From: Wolbachia endosymbiont of Cimex lectularius
GTDB taxonomy: Bacteria > Pseudomonadota > Alphaproteobacteria > Rickettsiales > Anaplasmataceae
Direction of reading: 5' to 3'
Length of the DNA stretch: 32,000 nucleotides
NCBI RefSeq assembly: GCF_000829315.1
Contig: NZ_AP013028.1
Location: forward strand, 450,001 to 482,000
Within the stretch, counting starts at the first letter, position 1. Each line of letters opens with the position of its first letter. Shown piece by piece: positions 6,803-17,676 of the stretch. The notes below the pieces were generated by a model. It was not told where the DNA came from, did not search any database, and saw only the letters and a program-made list of their open reading frames with translations. Made by a program: the position numbers and the translations under genes.

Positions 6803-9706
6803 CTAGCGCGCTGCCATTTTTGTCATAGCACGGTCAAACACTCCCAATAACCTCTTAAATAGGCTTGGAGTTAGCAAAGAGATAGGATTAACAGATACGT
6901 TACTGTTTTTATCATCCCCATTTGCTTTGTAGTCTATTGAAATAATCCCCCTACTTTTCCCACCAGTGAGAAGTTTTCCGATTATAGGGATTTTTGACAA
7001 AGATTTGTTAATTGAGTATGCTGGTATTACTTGTCCTTCGACCTGGAACTTATAATCCTTGATATCAAGCCTACCTCTAGTGCTAATGCCCAGTTCCGCC
7101 CCTTCAAGCCAAGATTCTTCAATTTCAACAGTGCCGTCTTTATATGAAAAAGGTGCATTACACTTATAAAAGTATACACCTTCGTTCTTTATAGCATTTA
7201 CAATACCAGGCAGTGAAGACATCGATAGTAAAGTAGTAAGCAGTGAAGCATCTTTGATATAGAAATTGCTGATAGATAACATGCCGTAATGTTCCCCATT
7301 TTCTCTCTGAGAAGAGAGATAAAAAGATAATTTGCCGTTTTTCACTGATTTACCAATGCCTAAAGAACGCAAAAGCATACCTGAATTATCCGCATATATT
7401 TCGAGCCCTATTCCACTGTATTCCGCTGATATTTTGCTGTTGTCTTCCAAAAACTGTCCTGCAAATTTACTTCCATTACAATCACCTTTAGTGCAGGTTA
7501 CATGTAGCTTGGCGTTTTTGACAACAATGCCTTCTTTCATCATTAAATTGTCAACATTCATACTTACTTCTATGTCATTGTTGAATCCACCACTGTTTTT
7601 GCCAAGCAACCCTAAAATATCACTTAAATTAATTTTCTCACCATAAAGAGTTATGGCATTTTTTTCTTTGCCTAACTCAACTTCTACATTAAGGTCATTA
7701 TCCGGCAATTCAAATTTGCCAGAGCTCAAATACAAATTCCCATTCTCTACTTTTCCGCTAAATTTTATATCTAGGTCATTTCCTACAACGTCTAATTTGT
7801 CTATTAACAACTCACCTGCTCCTTTTAGCCTTGTAGAAAACGAAATTTTATTGTGGTCTTCAAAGCGATTCCTCCACCCTAAGTAGCTTGAACGTGACTC
7901 AAGCTCTGACAAATCTATATTACCACTAACATATCCCGTCTTATCTTGATTTATCACTGACTCTATACTCGTGTTGACGTAACCACCATCAAAATTAAGT
8001 ATTTGAGCAGGTAAATCCCCAGTTAAATTCCAGGCAAAACTTTCATTTTTGTTGCTACTTTTCAAGTCGAATAATAGTTGTGTATTATTCACCATACCAC
8101 TGCCATTTAAATCAATAAAGTCTCTGCCAAAATCAAGTTTAATATCATGCTTACTAAGACTTGCACCATAGACAACTAGATCGTCAATTTTGGAATGGAA
8201 ATTTGCTAAGAAGTCTACTTTTTTATCGTCGACATTCAGGTTAAAAATGCGAAAACTGAATACAGATTTTGCTATTCCACCAATCTTGTCTCTTGTAACC
8301 TGAATCATGTCATCCAGCTTAAATTTTATAGGCTCATATAACCCGTAAGCATCGCTTGTGGCCTTACCATTGATGACTAGAACTGATTCTTTCTTATCGA
8401 GAAAGTTCATTTCAATACTACCACCATCAATAGTGAAATTCTGAAATTTAGCGCTATTTACAGCAATTGTGAGGTTGTTATTTTTGAGAGTTAAATCACC
8501 GTTTAATTCTTTCACTTGCTCAAAATCTTCATCAAATCTGACACTGCAGTTTTCTATATCAGCAACAATTACAACGTCTGATAGATCATCATTAACTAAG
8601 CTATTAATTTTGCCGTTGAAACTTATGATTGTATTTACAATATCCCCATCGATATTATCACAATACCATTTTTTAAATCTATTCTTCACTATACCATCTG
8701 GTACATAAGTACATAAATCCTTCGCGGCAAACTTACTAATGTTGACCCTAAGCAGAGTATGATTTGTACTAAAGTTCATTTTACCAATCAAAGAAAGGTA
8801 CATACCATTTAACTTAAAATGAAAGTTTTTTACGCTGATGATTTCATCACTATATGTCAAATTCACATTTACATTAGTCAAGGCTAAGTTTTTACTCGAG
8901 TGATTCTCTGTATTTAATACGTATATGTTTCCATCTACAACTTCATCCTTTCCATTAATTCTCATTGAAAAGTTTCCTTTGAATCCTATTTCTTTGTCCA
9001 AATTGTAACTTTTAACTAGTGTGGAAAACTCGTTAAATAGCTCCAACTTTAGGTTATAGAATGTTCCATACAAATTTAGTAAATTATTGCGGTTTTTTAT
9101 CGTAATGGATAAATCATCTAGAAATCCTTTACCTTCTTTTGTATGGACACGGATATCCAAAACATTGAAATCTTCCCCCTTCCCTGCATATACTTTATCA
9201 ATGAAAAATTCACCTTCCGTGCTTTTATTGATAGCAATGTTAGTAATTTCAATTTTTGAACTTGCATTTAGGTCAAAAAAGAATTTCCTCACTGCTTTCA
9301 AAAAATTTTTCGAATAAAAATCAACTGCTTTGAAGTCATCTTTTTCCTGGTTGATACACACATGCACATTATCAGCCGAGACTTGAGAAAAATTTATACT
9401 GGTTTTTAGCAAAGAACTGAACTTAAAATGCACAAAAAGGTTAGGAACTTTTATAGTAAAGCCAGGATTCACTATTTTTAAATCTGTAATGACTAGATAT
9501 GGATCTGTGCCATCTCTTTGCCAAATAACTGAAGTACTCTCCATATTGACATTTGAGTTGGCAAACGTTTTCGATATCTTATTCTTTAAGTAAAAATTGA
9601 TATAACTAATATTAACTCCCAAGGGACTTTTATCTTTGAAAAAGACAAAGAAGCAGAGCATAAATAATAAAACTATAGAAAATAATATAGTGATTTTTTT
9701 AAGCAT
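6803..9706 (-). CDS. AsmA-like / YhdP-family envelope protein (translocation/assembly-module-like)
   Basis: 967-aa ORF: N-terminal TM segment then an extended beta-rich sequence (GLGIKDKSINVSAN-like repeats). C-terminus has LSKIPIIGKLLTGGKSRGIISIDYKANGDDKNSNVSVNPISLLTPSLFKRLL, typical of AsmA/YhdP C-terminal domains. Confidence 0.75.
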   Translation of the reverse strand: MLKKITILFSIVLLFMLCFFVFFKDKSPLGVNISYINFYLKNKISKTFANSNVNMESTSVIWQRDGTDPYLVITDLKIVNPGFTIKVPNLFVHFKFSSLLKTSINFSQVSADNVHVCINQEKDDFKAVDFYSKNFLKAVRKFFFDLNASSKIEITNIAINKSTEGEFFIDKVYAGKGEDFNVLDIRVHTKEGKGFLDDLSITIKNRNNLLNLYGTFYNLKLELFNEFSTLVKSYNLDKEIGFKGNFSMRINGKDEVVDGNIYVLNTENHSSKNLALTNVNVNLTYSDEIISVKNFHFKLNGMYLSLIGKMNFSTNHTLLRVNISKFAAKDLCTYVPDGIVKNRFKKWYCDNIDGDIVNTIISFNGKINSLVNDDLSDVVIVADIENCSVRFDEDFEQVKELNGDLTLKNNNLTIAVNSAKFQNFTIDGGSIEMNFLDKKESVLVINGKATSDAYGLYEPIKFKLDDMIQVTRDKIGGIAKSVFSFRIFNLNVDDKKVDFLANFHSKIDDLVVYGASLSKHDIKLDFGRDFIDLNGSGMVNNTQLLFDLKSSNKNESFAWNLTGDLPAQILNFDGGYVNTSIESVINQDKTGYVSGNIDLSELESRSSYLGWRNRFEDHNKISFSTRLKGAGELLIDKLDVVGNDLDIKFSGKVENGNLYLSSGKFELPDNDLNVEVELGKEKNAITLYGEKINLSDILGLLGKNSGGFNNDIEVSMNVDNLMMKEGIVVKNAKLHVTCTKGDCNGSKFAGQFLEDNSKISAEYSGIGLEIYADNSGMLLRSLGIGKSVKNGKLSFYLSSQRENGEHYGMLSISNFYIKDASLLTTLLSMSSLPGIVNAIKNEGVYFYKCNAPFSYKDGTVEIEESWLEGAELGISTRGRLDIKDYKFQVEGQVIPAYSINKSLSKIPIIGKLLTGGKSRGIISIDYKANGDDKNSNVSVNPISLLTPSLFKRLLGVFDRAMTKMAAR

Positions 9707-10136
9707 CGATTATTGCTTTTCTTGCTAAACTATCGGCCTCCTCATTATATTTATCGCCATTGTGAGCTTTAACCCACCTCCAATTAATCTTGTGTTGTGA
9801 AGCGATGTCATCCAATTCTTTCCACAACTCCATATTTTTTACTGATTTTTTATTACTTGTCTTCCAGCCATTCACTTTCCACTTATTTATCCACTCTGTT
9901 ATACCATGTTTGACATAGAGACTATCCGTATATAAATTAATATTACAAGAAAATTTTAACGCCTTCAGTCCATTGATCACTGCTGTTAACTCCATTTTAT
10001 TGTTTGTAGTATTTTCTTCCCTACCATAAACATCCTTTCTATGATTTTGAAATAGTATAATTGCCGCCCATCCTCCTGCTCCAGGATTATCAAGGCACGC
10101 TCCATCCGTGTATATTATCACTTCCTTTTTATTCAT
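9699..10136 (-). CDS. rnhA: Ribonuclease HI
   Basis: YTDGACLDNPGAGGWAAIILF...TTNNKMELTAVINGLKAL...YTDSLYVKHGITEWINKWKVNGWKTSNKKSVKNMELW...WRWVKAHNGDKYNEEADSLA. Confidence 0.97.
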   Translation of the reverse strand: MNKKEVIIYTDGACLDNPGAGGWAAIILFQNHRKDVYGREENTTNNKMELTAVINGLKALKFSCNINLYTDSLYVKHGITEWINKWKVNGWKTSNKKSVKNMELWKELDDIASQHKINWRWVKAHNGDKYNEEADSLARKAIIDA

Positions 10137-10216
10137 CCTTAATTATATGAATTAATAAAGTATATAGTTGCTTTTATGAAAGCACAATTTCAATGAGACA
10201 CATGGACACAAGGCGT

Positions 10217-10324
10217 TTAAGCTGTACCCTTAAATTTTATTATAGAAACAAAGAAAAGCGCAACAACGAACAATATTAGAAGGAAAAACAAAAAATAGTT
10301 TTTATGTTTCTGCCGTTCTTTCAT
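10217..10324 (-). CDS. Small membrane protein resembling CoxF of alphaproteobacterial cox operons
   Basis: 35-aa ORF below the track's size cut-off: MKERQKHKNYFLFFLLILFVVALFFVSIIKFKGTA*. ATG is 2 nt after the ctaB stop. It has a basic N-terminus, one TM segment and a (V/A)LFFVSIIK motif. Confidence 0.6.
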   Translation of the reverse strand: MKERQKHKNYFLFFLLILFVVALFFVSIIKFKGTA

Positions 10325-10326
10325 AG

Positions 10327-11214
10327 CTAAAGCAAATCAGTAGAACAAAAAATAACACTAGTAAACAGGAAAAATAGATAAGAAATTGAATAAGAAAACA
10401 TTTTTTTCTGTGAGCTATGATTCTTGAGCTTTATAATAGATACAGCATACCAAATAAAAATGCAACCCTCAAGGGTTGCCAGACTTAGGTAAAATAGAGC
10501 ATTTTTCAAAAACAGTGCTGGAAGTAAGCTAGTTAGCACCAGCAACACACTGTAAATTAATATATGTTTTCTTGTTTTCTCTGGGCCATAAACAACGTTG
10601 AACATTGGAATCGACGCTTTTACATAGTCCTCGGACTTATTTAAGGATAAAGCCCAAAAGTGCGGTGGGGTCCACATGAAAATTATTAGGAATAGAATGA
10701 AACTTTCCCAACTTACGGAGTTAGTCACAATTGCCCAACCAATCATTGGAGGAAAAGCACCTGATGCACCGCCAATAACAATATTTTGCGGAGTGCGTCT
10801 TTTGAGCCAAATTGTGTATATGAAAACGTAAAATAATATGCTGACTGCAAGTAAAGCGGCGGAAATATAGTTCACTGCTATTGCCATAATAAATACTGAC
10901 AATACTCCAAGGGTTATACCAAATTCGAGCGCACTTTCTGCAGAAACTCTACCTGAAGGTATAGGACGATCTTTTGTTCTTTTCATGAGAAGATCTATGT
11001 CCCTATCATACCACATATTTATGGCACCTGCGGATCCTGAACCAAGAGCAACACATACAAGAGATATTAGTGCAAGAAAAGGATGAATACTACCTGGTGC
11101 AGCAACCATTCCAGCAACTGCAGTAAATACTACAAGGTACATTATCCTTGGCTTTAGCAAACGCCAAAAATCCAGTATTGTTGATTCAACATTTAACAAA
11201 GCACTTGTGTACAT
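10327..11214 (-). CDS. ctaB: Protoheme IX farnesyltransferase (heme O synthase)
   Basis: [23 protein letters not shown]...[32 protein letters not shown]...[12 protein letters not shown]...[11 protein letters not shown]. Confidence 0.97.
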   Translation of the reverse strand: MYTSALLNVESTILDFWRLLKPRIMYLVVFTAVAGMVAAPGSIHPFLALISLVCVALGSGSAGAINMWYDRDIDLLMKRTKDRPIPSGRVSAESALEFGITLGVLSVFIMAIAVNYISAALLAVSILFYVFIYTIWLKRRTPQNIVIGGASGAFPPMIGWAIVTNSVSWESFILFLIIFMWTPPHFWALSLNKSEDYVKASIPMFNVVYGPEKTRKHILIYSVLLVLTSLLPALFLKNALFYLSLATLEGCIFIWYAVSIIKLKNHSSQKKMFSYSISYLFFLFTSVIFCSTDLL

Positions 11215-11215
11215 T

Positions 11216-12766
11216 CTATTTTACCACTGGCGGTTTTTCGAAAGTATGAAAAGGTGGTGGTGAAGATATTGTCCACTCCAAGGTATCACCTCCCCAAGGG
11301 TTATTTCCAGCTTTCTTGCCCCATTTGAAGAGGTGTACAACTATAAACACAAAAAGCATAACTGAAATGAAGGACATATATGAACCAATTGAGGACACAT
11401 AATTCCAAGGAATGAATGCATCTGGATAGTCGGGTATACGCCTTGGCATACCAGCTAATCCCAGAAAATGCTGAGGTAAGAAAGTGATATTGGTACTAAT
11501 AAAAGTAAGCCAAAAATGTATTTTTCCCAGGCACTCATTATACTGTTTACCCGACATTTTACCTATCCAATAATAAAAGCCAGCGAAGGCTCCAAATATT
11601 GCAGCAAGTGACATGACATAGTGAAAGTGAGCAACAACATAATAGGTATCGTGCAAAAGCTTATCTATTCCACCTTGAGACAGAATTATTCCGGTTGTAC
11701 CACCACCAACAAACATGAAAATAAAACCTAGTGCAAATAGCATAGGGGTTTTAAGTTCAATTGCTCCACCCCACATAGTTGCAATCCAGCTAAAGACTTT
11801 AACACCAGTTATAACACCAATGAAAATTGTGCTGGTGCTAAAAAATATGGCAGCATCTCCACTAAGCCCAACAGTAAACATATGGTGAGCCCAAACCATA
11901 AAACCAAATACTGCTATGCCTATCATTGCATAAACCATTCCCATATAACCAAATATCGGCCTATGAGAAAAAGTTGACACGATTTGGCTTATGATACCAA
12001 ACGCAGGAAAAATAATTATGTAAACTTCTGGATGACCAAAAAACCAAAATAGATGTTGAAACAATACAGGGTCGCCACCCCCAACAGGATCAAAAAAGGA
12101 AGTGCCAATATTACGATCAGTAAGCAGCATAGTTATAGCACCAGCGAGCACCGGTAAAGCGACAATTAACATGAATGACGTTAATAAAACAGACCAAACA
12201 AATAGTGGCATCTTAGTTAATGACATGCCCTTTGCACGCATGTTAAATATAGTAACTATAAAATTGACCGCTCCAACAATCGATGACATACCAGCAATAT
12301 GGAGTGCAAGTATGGCAAGGTCAACTCCTGCACTTGGATGGGACATGACTTGCGACAGAGGTGGGTATAAAGTCCAACCTGTTCCAGGACCTTCGCCAGC
12401 AAATACTGAAAGGACAAGCAAAATAAAAGATGATACTAGCAACCAAAAACTTAAATTATTCATACGGGGAAATGCCATGTCTGGCGCGCCAATCATAAGA
12501 GGCACAAACCAATTACCAAACCCTCCCATTAGTGCTGGCATTATCATAAAAAACACCATTATTACCGCATGCCCTGTAACCATTACGTTATATAATTGAT
12601 AGTTATTGTTAAGTATATTAATGTGCATTAGTTGAGTACGAATAACCACTGATAACAATCCACCAATAATTCCAGCTAGTATGGAAAAAATAATGTACAG
12701 TGTTCCTATATCTTTATGATTAGTAGAAAATAGCCAACGCTTTATACCTTTTGGTACATCACTCAT
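11216..12766 (-). CDS. coxA: Cytochrome c oxidase subunit I
   Basis: [27 protein letters not shown]...[37 protein letters not shown]...[15 protein letters not shown]. Confidence 0.99.
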   Translation of the reverse strand: MSDVPKGIKRWLFSTNHKDIGTLYIIFSILAGIIGGLLSVVIRTQLMHINILNNNYQLYNVMVTGHAVIMVFFMIMPALMGGFGNWFVPLMIGAPDMAFPRMNNLSFWLLVSSFILLVLSVFAGEGPGTGWTLYPPLSQVMSHPSAGVDLAILALHIAGMSSIVGAVNFIVTIFNMRAKGMSLTKMPLFVWSVLLTSFMLIVALPVLAGAITMLLTDRNIGTSFFDPVGGGDPVLFQHLFWFFGHPEVYIIIFPAFGIISQIVSTFSHRPIFGYMGMVYAMIGIAVFGFMVWAHHMFTVGLSGDAAIFFSTSTIFIGVITGVKVFSWIATMWGGAIELKTPMLFALGFIFMFVGGGTTGIILSQGGIDKLLHDTYYVVAHFHYVMSLAAIFGAFAGFYYWIGKMSGKQYNECLGKIHFWLTFISTNITFLPQHFLGLAGMPRRIPDYPDAFIPWNYVSSIGSYMSFISVMLFVFIVVHLFKWGKKAGNNPWGGDTLEWTISSPPPFHTFEKPPVVK

Positions 12767-12781
12767 GTCTATACTCCCAAT

Positions 12782-13546
12782 TTAACTCACTAATTTTTTA
12801 TTTTCGATCCACTTATTAAAATCTTTTTTACTTACTGCCTCAACAACAATTGGCATAAACCCATGACCTTGACCACACAACTCATAACATTGCCCATAAT
12901 AAATACCAGGCTTTTTGACATTAAACCATGCTTCATTTAGTCTTCCTGGTATTGCATCAATTTTTACACCGAAAGCTGGTATTCCCCAACTGTGTATCAC
13001 ATCTCCTGCCGTCACTTGTAAACGAACGTTAGTATTGATAGGCAAAACCACGTTATTATCAACAGAGAATAGTTTCAAATCTCCTTCGCTAAAGTCATCT
13101 TTCCCCTTAATATAGCTGTCAAACGACACGCCTTGATATTCTGGATATTGATAGCTCCAATACCATTGATGACCAATAACCTTCAGTGTTATATCAGCCT
13201 TTGGTACCTTTTCCTGTAGCTTAATTAATTCAGCATTTTTAAAGGCCAATATTCCAACAATAATCGTGGGTATAACAAACCAGACGATTTCTAAAAGGAT
13301 ATTATGACTTGTCTTACTTATATTCTTCACTTTGCTCTTACGAAAGCGAAATACTACATAAGCAAGCAGTGCCCATACGAGAAACATTATTGCAACCATT
13401 ATACTCATCACAAATGAATGTGACTTAACTACAACTTCCATTATCTCAGTTGCAGGAGAAGGAAATCCAAATTGCCAGGAGGTAGGAGCAGAAGCAACTG
13501 ATGTACTCGAGTAAAACATTATCAATAATACAAATAACTTCACCAT
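12782..13546 (-). CDS. coxB: Cytochrome c oxidase subunit II
   Basis: VIGHQWYWSYQYPEYQGVSFDSY...DVIHSWGIPAFGVKIDAIPGRLNEAWF...YGQCYELCGQGHGFMPIVVE, with CuA ligands. Confidence 0.98.
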   Translation of the reverse strand: MVKLFVLLIMFYSSTSVASAPTSWQFGFPSPATEIMEVVVKSHSFVMSIMVAIMFLVWALLAYVVFRFRKSKVKNISKTSHNILLEIVWFVIPTIIVGILAFKNAELIKLQEKVPKADITLKVIGHQWYWSYQYPEYQGVSFDSYIKGKDDFSEGDLKLFSVDNNVVLPINTNVRLQVTAGDVIHSWGIPAFGVKIDAIPGRLNEAWFNVKKPGIYYGQCYELCGQGHGFMPIVVEAVSKKDFNKWIENKKLVS

Positions 13547-13761
13547 ATTTGTTTGCTGTAAAACTAAGTGACATACCGTATAATAGTATATAGAAACTTA
13601 CTATGCAAACAGAGATTAGCAATGATTAATAATTTTTTAGCGTTTAATAGGTATAATAATATAGTACTAATTTAGGGGAAAAAGCATTTACATGAATCTA
13701 TTTTAAGTTAAAATATTATAATATTTTTAGTTAAGTATTTACTTTAAGTAAATTCTATAAT

Positions 13762-13837
13762 AAGTTTAATAGTGTCTGTTACTGCTAATAACCCTCTAGC
13801 CTCACATCTAAAAGCAGTAACAGACACTATTAAACTT
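13762..13837. repeat. Perfect 25-bp inverted repeat (13762..13786 / 13813..13837), 26-nt spacer
   Basis: aagtttaatagtgtctgttactgct ... agcagtaacagacactattaaactt are exact reverse complements. Confidence 0.95.
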
Positions 13838-14240
13838 TATGACAAATTTACTCATCTGTAAGTATAAAGGCCTGCCTCATATTTTATATAATACACTATA
13901 CTTTATTAACTAACTTTTAATGTCTGTAGCAGCATACATGATTTACGTATTATAGAAAATAATCATAAAGTATACTACTTGTAACCAACATAAAATTTTT
14001 TATTCAGCACCATTTCTATTATTTTCGGGTGTTAAAGCACTTGAAACTTGAAGCAAATGCACCTCGGCTTTCCGCAAGGAATAACTGAGTTATTAAGCTC
14101 TGTAAACAAAATTTTTAGAGAAGTCAATAAAATCTTATAACAAATTTCAATGGTAAATTAAAAAGTTTCCCTACGATGAGAGATTTAGCGAATTTATTAT
14201 GTATCTTGTTTGATAACGAAAGTTGGTGTAACCTTTATGC

Positions 14241-14693
14241 TTAAGAAATTTACCAAATGGAGAAAAAAGCAAAAGAAACCCCGTGGTAGCTAGCTATTTA
14301 CTTTTGTGTCGAAATGTTGGCGTTTCTTTATCCTAAACGCTTAATAAGTGCGACTTAGCTGCTTTTTAATGCAACTAACCTTAGCCATAAACATTTAAGA
14401 AATTCACTAAGCAGAAAAAAAGCAAAAGAAACCCCGAGTAGCTAGTTATTCACTATCTATCTTATGATATTGGCGTTTTTGATGTCTTAAACGACTTATA
14501 AGCGCGTTTGAGCTTGTATAGGTAAAAAAACAGAAGTTTTAAAAAGACATGCAGTGCACATAGTGCGAAAAATTAAACATGAGACGCGAAATATGTTAAG
14601 TTTTTTTGTCATTTAATCTGCACAGACTGAAGATAAATAATAGCTTCAACTCTATAATAACAGGGTTAGCGAAGGTTGTCAAGTAGTTTTTTT
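14241..14693 (+). repeat. Dispersed repeat, copy B
   Basis: Two internal subunits starting with ttaagaaatttaccaaa..gaaaaaagcaaaagaaaccc at 14241 and again at ~14388, followed by the shared tail ending in ggttagcgaaggttgtcaagtagtttttt. Confidence 0.85.
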
Positions 14694-14718
14694 GTTTCCA
14701 TTCACTTTAACAAGTGAA

Positions 14719-16239
14719 CTACCTTTCTATAAAAGACCTATCAACTGTTGCAATTATAGGCGTAAACAAAAATGACAAAAGAGTACGGGATTGAGTAACT
14801 ATATATACTTCTACTGGCATACCGGGATATAGGTATACATTTTTGAACTGAGCAAGCTCTGACTTTGGTATCACCACGCGTACTGAATAATAACGCCCTA
14901 ACCTTGGATCATCGAGAGCATCAGGAGAAATATGGCTTACTATACCGTTAATTAAGCTTAAACGACGTGCGCTGTAAGCACTCAGCCTTACTTTCACCTT
15001 TAGCCCTTCCAATCCGTCAATAGAGACTATATTGCTATCTTTTTTTTGTGCTGACAGTATCTCCTCTATATTTCTAGTCTGAATTTTAGCGTCTATTATT
15101 AAATCATCATTAGATGGCACTACGCTCATAATCGGCACACCAGACTGTATAACACCACCTTCTGTATGGTACCGTATATCCGTAACTATTCCGTTTTGAG
15201 GCGATCTAATAACTGTGCGTGCTAACGCATCTTCTGCAACCATCAACCTCTCTCTCAAGTCAGCAATAGACGTGCTAACTTCCTTAAGCTCAATGTTTGC
15301 TCTCTCTTGAGCGTCATTCTTCACATTTATGATTTCTAACTCGTTTTCTCCAATTTTTTGTTGCACTTGAGATATTGCAGCACGGTAATGACCAACTCTA
15401 CCTTCAATTTCAGCAAACTGCTTTTCCAAAGTCAAAATGTGTGGCTTACCTATGTGACCACCGCTAAGAAGTTGCCTTTTTGTTTCTAACTCCTCAGCTA
15501 TTAAGTCATATTGCTTGAGAGCTGCATCCAGTTGAGAATTCAGTCCTACTAGCTCATCATGTAACTGTCTTATACGCTGTTGCAGTATGTCAGTTTTGCC
15601 TAATATACTCTTGTGCTGGGAATCAAATAATCTTATCTGATTTTTCATTACTTTGCTTGCAAGATTGCCATCAGATAATTCTTTGACTTCATCAGGAAAT
15701 TCAATTGTGTCTAAGCCTCCCCTAATAGCAATAAGCCTTGCTTCAGTTGCCAAAAGTGATAAGAGTTTTTCTTTGATTATACTCAAATTTGCCTTCTCGT
15801 TAACATCACTTAACAAAACTAAAGGCTCGTCTTTTTTGACTGCTTGGCCCTCTTTGACCAAAATTTTACTTATTATTCCTCCACCCAAATGTTGAACTAT
15901 TTTCCTGTTTGAAGATACAATAACTTCTCCACTTGCATGCACTGCCCCATCAATTGGAGCTATAGCTGACCAAATACCACCTATTCCAAAAAAAATGAGT
16001 ATCACTATCAGACCAAAAAACAGTGGTCCCCATGTCACTCTCAGAACCTCATTTACGTTACTACCTTCGCGCTTTAAAATAAAACTTACCACTGCATCAA
16101 TCAATGCGAACGTTTTATCCAAAAATTTTGGGTACTTCTTCTTTTTATTTTTTGTTCCTTGCATGTTTATATTATCACTATGGCCAAGTAGGCCTGTCAA
16201 AGAGAATCCAGCGCTAAGTTTTTTTAACTTACTTATCAT
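14719..16239 (-). CDS. Type I secretion membrane fusion protein, HlyD family
   Basis: GGIWSAIAPIDGAVHASGEVIVSSNRKIVQHLGGGIISKILVKEGQAVKKDEPLVLL...IRSPQNGIVTDIRYHTEGGVIQSGVPIMSVVPSNDDLIIDAKI...YLYPGMPVEVYI. Confidence 0.93.
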   Translation of the reverse strand: MISKLKKLSAGFSLTGLLGHSDNINMQGTKNKKKKYPKFLDKTFALIDAVVSFILKREGSNVNEVLRVTWGPLFFGLIVILIFFGIGGIWSAIAPIDGAVHASGEVIVSSNRKIVQHLGGGIISKILVKEGQAVKKDEPLVLLSDVNEKANLSIIKEKLLSLLATEARLIAIRGGLDTIEFPDEVKELSDGNLASKVMKNQIRLFDSQHKSILGKTDILQQRIRQLHDELVGLNSQLDAALKQYDLIAEELETKRQLLSGGHIGKPHILTLEKQFAEIEGRVGHYRAAISQVQQKIGENELEIINVKNDAQERANIELKEVSTSIADLRERLMVAEDALARTVIRSPQNGIVTDIRYHTEGGVIQSGVPIMSVVPSNDDLIIDAKIQTRNIEEILSAQKKDSNIVSIDGLEGLKVKVRLSAYSARRLSLINGIVSHISPDALDDPRLGRYYSVRVVIPKSELAQFKNVYLYPGMPVEVYIVTQSRTLLSFLFTPIIATVDRSFIER

Positions 16240-16466
16240 GTATTACTGTGAACTCGCGTTAATGTTAAGATAATATACAAAAACAAAGAATCCATGACTT
16301 ATACACTTCATTTGGACTGCAAAACACCAGAATAAACTATTTAGTAACAATTCTTGCATATCTTAATCTGACTTAGCTGTCATAGATCTAAGCTGCTTAT
16401 GTCGTGCAAAAAATCTATTGCCAACTAGGCAATGCTATGTTAGTAATCGGATAAAGTGAGGTTATT

Positions 16467-17201
16467 ATGTTTCGATTAGAAGGCAGAAAGTTCCTGATTA
16501 CTGGTGCATCAGGTGGAATAGGGCAGGCAATTGTAAAAACTATGCATAAAGCCGGAGCAATTCTATGTATTTCTGGTACAAAAAAAGAAGCCCTAGAAGA
16601 AGTTGCTAAACTATATGAAAAAAATATTTATATACTTCCTTGTAACTTATTAAACGTCGAGGAAGTACACCAGCTAATAAATAGAGCAAGTGAGTTGATG
16701 GAAGGTTTCGACGGGCTCGTATGTAATGCAGGCATTACACAAGATAGTTTATTGCTGAGAATGACAGATGAAGCATGGCAAAAAGTAATTGATATTAACT
16801 TGAGTTCTACGTTTAAACTAAATAGAGAAGCATGCAGGAAACTAATTAAGAATAACTGGGGGAGGATTATAAATATTTCTTCAATAGTAGGGTTAACAGG
16901 AAATGCTGGGCAGGCAAATTATGCAGCATCAAAAGCTGGAATAATAGCCATGAGTAAATCCATAGCAAAAGAAGTTGCAAGCAGCAATATAACAGTAAAT
17001 TGTATTGCTCCTGGGTTTATAGATACTAAAATGACCGAAGTTTTAACTGAAGAACAGAAGAGAAAAATACTAGATAATATTCCAATGAAAAAAATGGGAA
17101 CGGGAGAAGAAATAGCAGCGGGAGTTCTGTTTTTAGCAAGTGATGAAGCAAAATATATCACAGGACATGTGCTGAACATTAACGGCGGTTTATTTATGTA
17201 G
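16467..17201 (+). CDS. fabG: 3-oxoacyl-[acyl-carrier-protein] reductase
   Basis: FLITGASGGIGQAIVKTMHKAGA...GLVCNAGITQDSLLLRM...INISSIVGLTGNAGQANYAASKAGIIAMSKSIAKEVA...NCIAPGFIDTKMT...ITGHVLNINGGLFM. Confidence 0.96.
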   Translation: MFRLEGRKFLITGASGGIGQAIVKTMHKAGAILCISGTKKEALEEVAKLYEKNIYILPCNLLNVEEVHQLINRASELMEGFDGLVCNAGITQDSLLLRMTDEAWQKVIDINLSSTFKLNREACRKLIKNNWGRIINISSIVGLTGNAGQANYAASKAGIIAMSKSIAKEVASSNITVNCIAPGFIDTKMTEVLTEEQKRKILDNIPMKKMGTGEEIAAGVLFLASDEAKYITGHVLNINGGLFM

Positions 17202-17300
17202 TGATACCTTATTTGTGGACAAGCCATAAATTTTACTTTAAAATAAATATGTGTAATAAAATTGTTCTTATTACACTAGTTTATTATTTAGAGGCAAAAA

Positions 17301-17651
17301 ATGAGCTCTACAATAAAAAAGTTTTTTAATGTTTTATGTTTGGTGTTGTTTTTATCAGGCAATGCAGATGCCTCTAGCGCTGGTAGTGCTGGTATCAATG
17401 ACACAACTGCCCAAGTAATATGTAATATTATTGGTTATGTCTGGGGGATAGGTGGTCCACTCATGACAGTAGTAATAATTGGTGCATCCTTGCTTGCAAT
17501 ATTTGGCAGAATGCCTTGGCCAGCTCTCTTTGCTTTAGGTATGTTTTGTGGTGTATTTTTTGGCGCTAAGACGATCATAATGAACATTATACCCAATGTA
17601 AGCAATGAAGTCAAAAAAATGTTGGACCAGTGTGGACAGAATGGCCCTTAA
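17301..17651 (+). CDS. virB2: VirB2-like type IV secretion pilin (TrbC/VirB2 family), paralog 1
   Basis: Signal peptide, then VICNIIGYVWGIGGPLMTVVIIGASLLAIFGRMPWPALFALGMFCGVFFGAKTI. Confidence 0.85.
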   Translation: MSSTIKKFFNVLCLVLFLSGNADASSAGSAGINDTTAQVICNIIGYVWGIGGPLMTVVIIGASLLAIFGRMPWPALFALGMFCGVFFGAKTIIMNIIPNVSNEVKKMLDQCGQNGP

Positions 17652-17676
17652 AAGTGATGGTGTAAAATGCTTTTTG

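Noticed and set aside
7332-9317. Plus-strand ORFs 7332..7646, 7653..7886, 8469..8708 and 9087..9317 opposite the AsmA-like gene
   Set aside because: Low-complexity Ser/Leu/Phe-rich translations antisense to a long, clearly coding ORF. Typical shadow ORFs.
12102-12599. 165-aa plus-strand ORF opposite coxA
   Set aside because: Antisense shadow of a highly conserved gene; no recognisable protein features.
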